In this document: positions 55,656 to 64,000 of the stretch, one piece after another
Position numbering within the stretch: the first letter of the stretch is position 1
How the letters are laid out: the number at the start of each line of letters is the position of its first letter
Assembly: GCF_009914755.1 (NCBI RefSeq)
Contig: NC_060928.1
DNA length: 64,000 bases
Source: the human T2T-CHM13v2.0 reference genome, Homo sapiens
Strand: one strand, 5' to 3'
Made by a program: the position numbers and the translations under genes
Notes under the pieces: generated by a model
Databases searched by the model: none
What the model was told of the DNA's origin: nothing
What the model saw: only the letters and a program-made list of their open reading frames with translations

Positions 55656-56771
55656 GTATGTATTTTAGTGCATTTGAAATGTTTAAATTTGAATATATTT
55701 GAGTGTCTTGTTCTACAGCTAAGATGATAATATACTATCAACTGGTTTTTCTTTTTAACTCTTTTTCCCCCTTGTGGTAGTAATACATTAAATAAGGACA
55801 CTGGCTGTGGATCTGATTGGATGGCAGGACTCTTAAATACCATCAGTGGTTAAGTAGTTTTAAAAAATAGTTTCATATCAGAAGTAATTTGTCTTGTAGG
55901 TTTGCTTATAATATGTATTACAAAGCTAAGTTGTAGAGTGGACATTTCCATTTATATTTTGTAGATATTGACTGCTTCTCTTTATTTTCTTTTTTTTAAA
56001 TTTTATTTTAAAGACAGAATCTTGCTGTGTCACCCAGGCTGGAGTGCAGTGGTGTGATCTCGGCTCACTGCAGCTTCTGCCTCCCAGGTTCAAGCAATTC
56101 TGCTTCAGCCACCCAAGTTGCTGGGATTACAGGCACATGCCACCACGCCTGGCTAATTTTTGTACTTTTAGTAGAGACAGAGTTTCACCATATTGGCCAG
56201 GCTGGCCTCAAACTCCTGACCTCAAGTGATCTGCCCATCTCGGCTTCCCAAAGTGCTGGGTTTACAGGCATGAGCCACCACACCTGGCCAATATTGACTG
56301 CTTTTGATAAGATCAGTTGCAATTTTGATTATATAGTAAACCAAATCTGGTATCCAATAATAATTTTAATGTGCAAATATGTAGTGTCTTTTATCTTCCC
56401 TGTGTGAAAACTGTATTCTTTGGAATTAGTATTCCAAACATAATGTTATGTTGCCAAAGAAATGTAAAAAAAAAAGCTGGCTATGCAACAGAGCCAGTAG
56501 TCACACTTGTAATATATTCTGACCCCACCCTAAAAGGGAAGGGAATGTGACAGATCATTTTATGTATTCATGTTTTTACTTTTTAAATTTGAATACATTT
56601 GAGTGTGTTGATTCTACAGCCAAGGTGGTAGCATATAATCAGTATTTTTTATATCATGCAAAACTCCCAAGTGTTATTTTCCAATGCTTCATAAAGGGTT
56701 AGTGACCATTAGCTCCCAAACTGTGATGATAGTAATGTAATCTCATTCACATTCTCTCTTTTTCTTTTCAG

Positions 56772-56876
56772 GGTGCAGTACATGTTAATGACAGGATTGT
56801 ACCACAGCCACCTCTTCAAAAATTGTCTGCAGAGAAGCTGACAAGAGAAGGTGCTTTCCTTATGGACTGTGGCTCT
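56772..56876 (+). CDS. SEC24B: SEC24B exon (105 nt): GAVHVNDRIVPQPPLQKLSAEKLTREGAFLMDCGS
   Basis: cttttcag|GGT ... TCT|gtaagc; phase 0-0. Confidence 0.96.
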
Positions 56877-57725
56877 GTAAGCACCCTTTACTGGCAAAGC
56901 TTAACACTGTTTGAGCTGACCAAAAACAAAGAAACACTTATAGGGTCCAGCTGTTATCACAGAGCAAGTAGTGAAAGGTGAATTAGGATTAGGAGCTGAA
57001 ATTGGTAACTAGCACTGGAGGTCAATTTACTTTAAACTTTTCTATTTGGACTTCATTTTATATTGATGTTATTGATATTTGTATTGATAATACTGATAGA
57101 GTAATACATTTTAATATGGATTATTTACTGTCATGAATTATATATACTTGATGAAGAGAACTAATGAGGTAAATTCCTATATTTAGGGACTTTACCATCT
57201 AGAGTCTAGAATTTAAAAGTATTTCAAGAGTTTATCTAGTTCAACTTACATCCATTGTCAGAAATCTCATTAATGATTAGGAGTTCAAGAGAAATCACTG
57301 GGCAGGGGTAGTTGTTGAAGGGAGTTAGAATGGTTAAGATGGCTTCAAAATGATGCCTTATGAGCAGAAAAAGGATTTGGATAGCCACAGAAGAGGGAGA
57401 AATGCATGAGTGAAAATACACAGACAGTAATGAAATAGTGGATGGGAAATACAGTGAGTCAATTATACTGATTAAAGGATTATATTTCTATTGGGAAAAT
57501 AAGTGCAAAAGGTAAAATATATTTTATGGTAAGCCTTAACATTTAATCAAAGACGATGTGAACCACTCTGGATTCTTACATATAGATTCACAATGTAACA
57601 ATTATAGATTTCCTTTTTACTCTTCTGTTTGTTTCTACCTTATTTGAGGTGATAATTTTGAGAACATTAATGAAAATGAATTAACTATTAGGGAGTTTTA
57701 ATATTTTGTTGCTTTTTCTTTTTAG

Positions 57726-57818
57726 GTTTTTTACATTTGGGTTGGGAAAGGCTGTGACAATAACTTCATAGAGGATGTGCTTGGATATACTAATTTTGCA
57801 TCAATACCACAGAAAATG
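57726..57818 (+). CDS. SEC24B: SEC24B exon (93 nt), gelsolin-like: VFYIWVGKGCDNNFIEDVLGYTNFASIPQKM
   Basis: tttttag|GTT ... ATG|gtcagt; phase 0-0. Confidence 0.96.
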
Positions 57819-57859
57819 GTCAGTAGATTTTATACACCTTTAACTTTTTGTTTGCTCAT

Positions 57860-59372
<1,513 letters not shown>

Positions 59373-59404
59373 AACTTTAACTTTGGGTTTAAATTATTTT
59401 GCTG

Positions 59405-60034
<630 letters not shown>

Positions 60035-60099
60035 TTATTGAATGTATGCTAACCAATACCAAGGAAATATGATTCTGAAAACAGATTTGTATAATTAAT

Positions 60100-61560
<1,461 letters not shown>

Positions 61561-62625
61561 ATATACACACATGCTTATAGTATTAAATAATAGCTGTGCA
61601 TTTATTAAAAAGAATACAGTCTGGGGCACTGTGCCATGCACCTGTGGTCCCAGCTACTTGGGAGGCTAGGAGGCTGAGGCAGGAGGATAGCTTGAGCCCA
61701 GGAGTTCAAAGCTGTAGTGTACTATGACTGCACTTGTGTACAGCCATTGCACTCCAGTCTGGGCAACCTAGCAAGACCCCATCTCTTAAAAAGAAAAAAA
61801 GAAGAAGAATACAGCCTGAAGTGAATAATATGCATGATATGATCCCCATTTGTATTTTCAAAAATGTGTTTGTATACTTAGTAATAATTTAGAAAACATC
61901 TGAAAAAATTCACATCAAAATGGAAATGGTTTTTAAAATATTGACCGGAATTACAAACATAATTATTCCAAACTTGTCTATTTAAATTTTGTTATATACT
62001 ACATTTTTGAATTATTTAATTTACTGTTAATTTGCTATTTAATTTACAGTTGGCTTTGAAAAAGGAAAGTAAATCTTACCTTTTTATGTATATAAAAAAT
62101 AATAGACTTTTAGGTCCTTTTAAAATAGTCTCGCGTATAGTTTTAAAATATATTTACATATCCACACTGTACTTTAAAATTCTTTGCCTTTAAATTAAAG
62201 AAAACATGAAATTCTCCCAGAATGGCTGTTTTTAGAATAGGATATAATCATATATAATTGCTAAGGGAATTTGGAATTTAATGGTATCCCCCTTCATTTG
62301 AACATTTCCTCTAGAAGAAACATAAAGCCGCCACACAATACTGGTGACATGCTAATCGTTGTTTATGTTTTATTGACTTACCAAGAAAAATATAGTCAGT
62401 TAAAATGTCAGTGACATACTTGTCATTGCACATATTTTATTGACTTATCCAGAAAAATATAAACAGATTTTTCAACAGTTTAAATTTTATTTGTGTAGTT
62501 GCTGCTGTTGAGGCTAAGAAATAGAGTGCTGGCAGTTGGGGGTGATGGTAGGAATCATGATTTTGTTCTATTACTGCTGAAGTCTATGAGAAAGGAAAGT
62601 TTCCTAATTGTATTTCTTTTACCAG

Positions 62626-62729
62626 ACACATCTTCCAGAGCTAGATACACTTTCATCAGAAAGAGCCAGATCCTTCATAACTTGGCTTAGAGACAGCAGA
62701 CCATTAAGTCCAATCCTTCACATAGTAAA
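62626..62729 (+). CDS. SEC24B: SEC24B penultimate exon (104 nt): THLPELDTLSSERARSFITWLRDSRPLSPILHIV
   Basis: ttttaccag|ACA ... GTAAA|gtaagt; phase 0-2. Confidence 0.96.
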
Positions 62730-62904
62730 GTAAGTACTTTTGTAACTTAATTATGAAGTTGTCTTTCCTATGTAGTCTGTGGAATTGCTTGTCTTCAAAG
62801 CAAACTTTAAATAGTAGCAAAATATATTCTGATGGTAAAATGTTGTTACTTGATTTAAATCCCCTGTATTCCATTTTCTGACATCTCCATATATTAGTAA
62901 TTTT

Positions 62905-63535
<631 letters not shown>

Positions 63536-63693
63536 AGTAATTTTTAAAATATATACTATTTTTAGAAATATGCACTTTTATTTTATTTGTATAAATTTAC
63601 AGGATACAAGTGTAATTTTATGAGCTAGATTGCAAAGTGGTGAAATCAGGGCTTTTAAATACGTTTAGACAAATGCCCTTTTCTTTCTTCCAG

Positions 63694-63808
63694 AGATGAG
63701 AGTCCTGCCAAAGCAGAATTTTTTCAGCATTTGATTGAAGACCGGACAGAGGCTGCATTTTCTTACTATGAATTTTTGCTTCATGTTCAGCAGCAGATTT
63801 GTAAGTGA
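63694..63808 (+). CDS. SEC24B: SEC24B terminal coding exon: DESPAKAEFFQHLIEDRTEAAFSYYEFLLHVQQQICK*
   Basis: ctttcttccag|A acceptor; TGA at 63806-63808. Confidence 0.97.
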
Positions 63809-64000
63809 AGTAGAATAAAATTGAATAAGAAAAAGATCTATAACCTAGGTAAAGCATAATCTGTCAGAGAAGCGCGTGAGAAATTTGAAATGAAGGCATT
63901 TGTTAATACAAGATGCAACGCACAGCACTCTGTCTGAGGCTTTGGTAAAAAGTAAAGGGGAAGAAAGAACTTGACAGATCTTTTTCAACTCAAATTAATG
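63809..64000 (+). other. SEC24B: SEC24B 3' UTR (start)
   Basis: Follows the stop codon; AATAAA at 63814-63819. Confidence 0.85.

Overview
Primate (almost certainly human) genomic DNA, AT-rich and dense in Alu elements. It contains the 3' part of SEC24B (COPII coat cargo adaptor) on the + strand. I traced 21 GT-AG coding exons from 5811 to the TGA stop at 63806-63808. They join in one frame (2747 nt) and run from the acidic/Pro-rich N-terminal region through the zinc finger, trunk, beta-sandwich, helical and gelsolin-like domains, followed by the start of the 3' UTR. The 5' exons lie outside the window. Nearly all entries in the ORF track are Alu- or L1-derived noise. Introns hold about 50 Alus (including a young AluYa5 with TSD), old L1/L2/MIR fragments, Tigger, MER58 and MADE1 DNA transposons, an ERV1-class solo LTR and an antisense U2 snRNA fragment. 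I found no new biological system. The most notable observations are a ~300-bp locally templated insertion inside an Alu, a three-level Tigger3>MADE1>Alu nest, a candidate re-splicing site at an in-frame exon, a regulated-looking acidic cassette exon, and repeated Alu insertion at a single target site. Repeat family names and boundaries come from recalled consensus sequences and are approximate.
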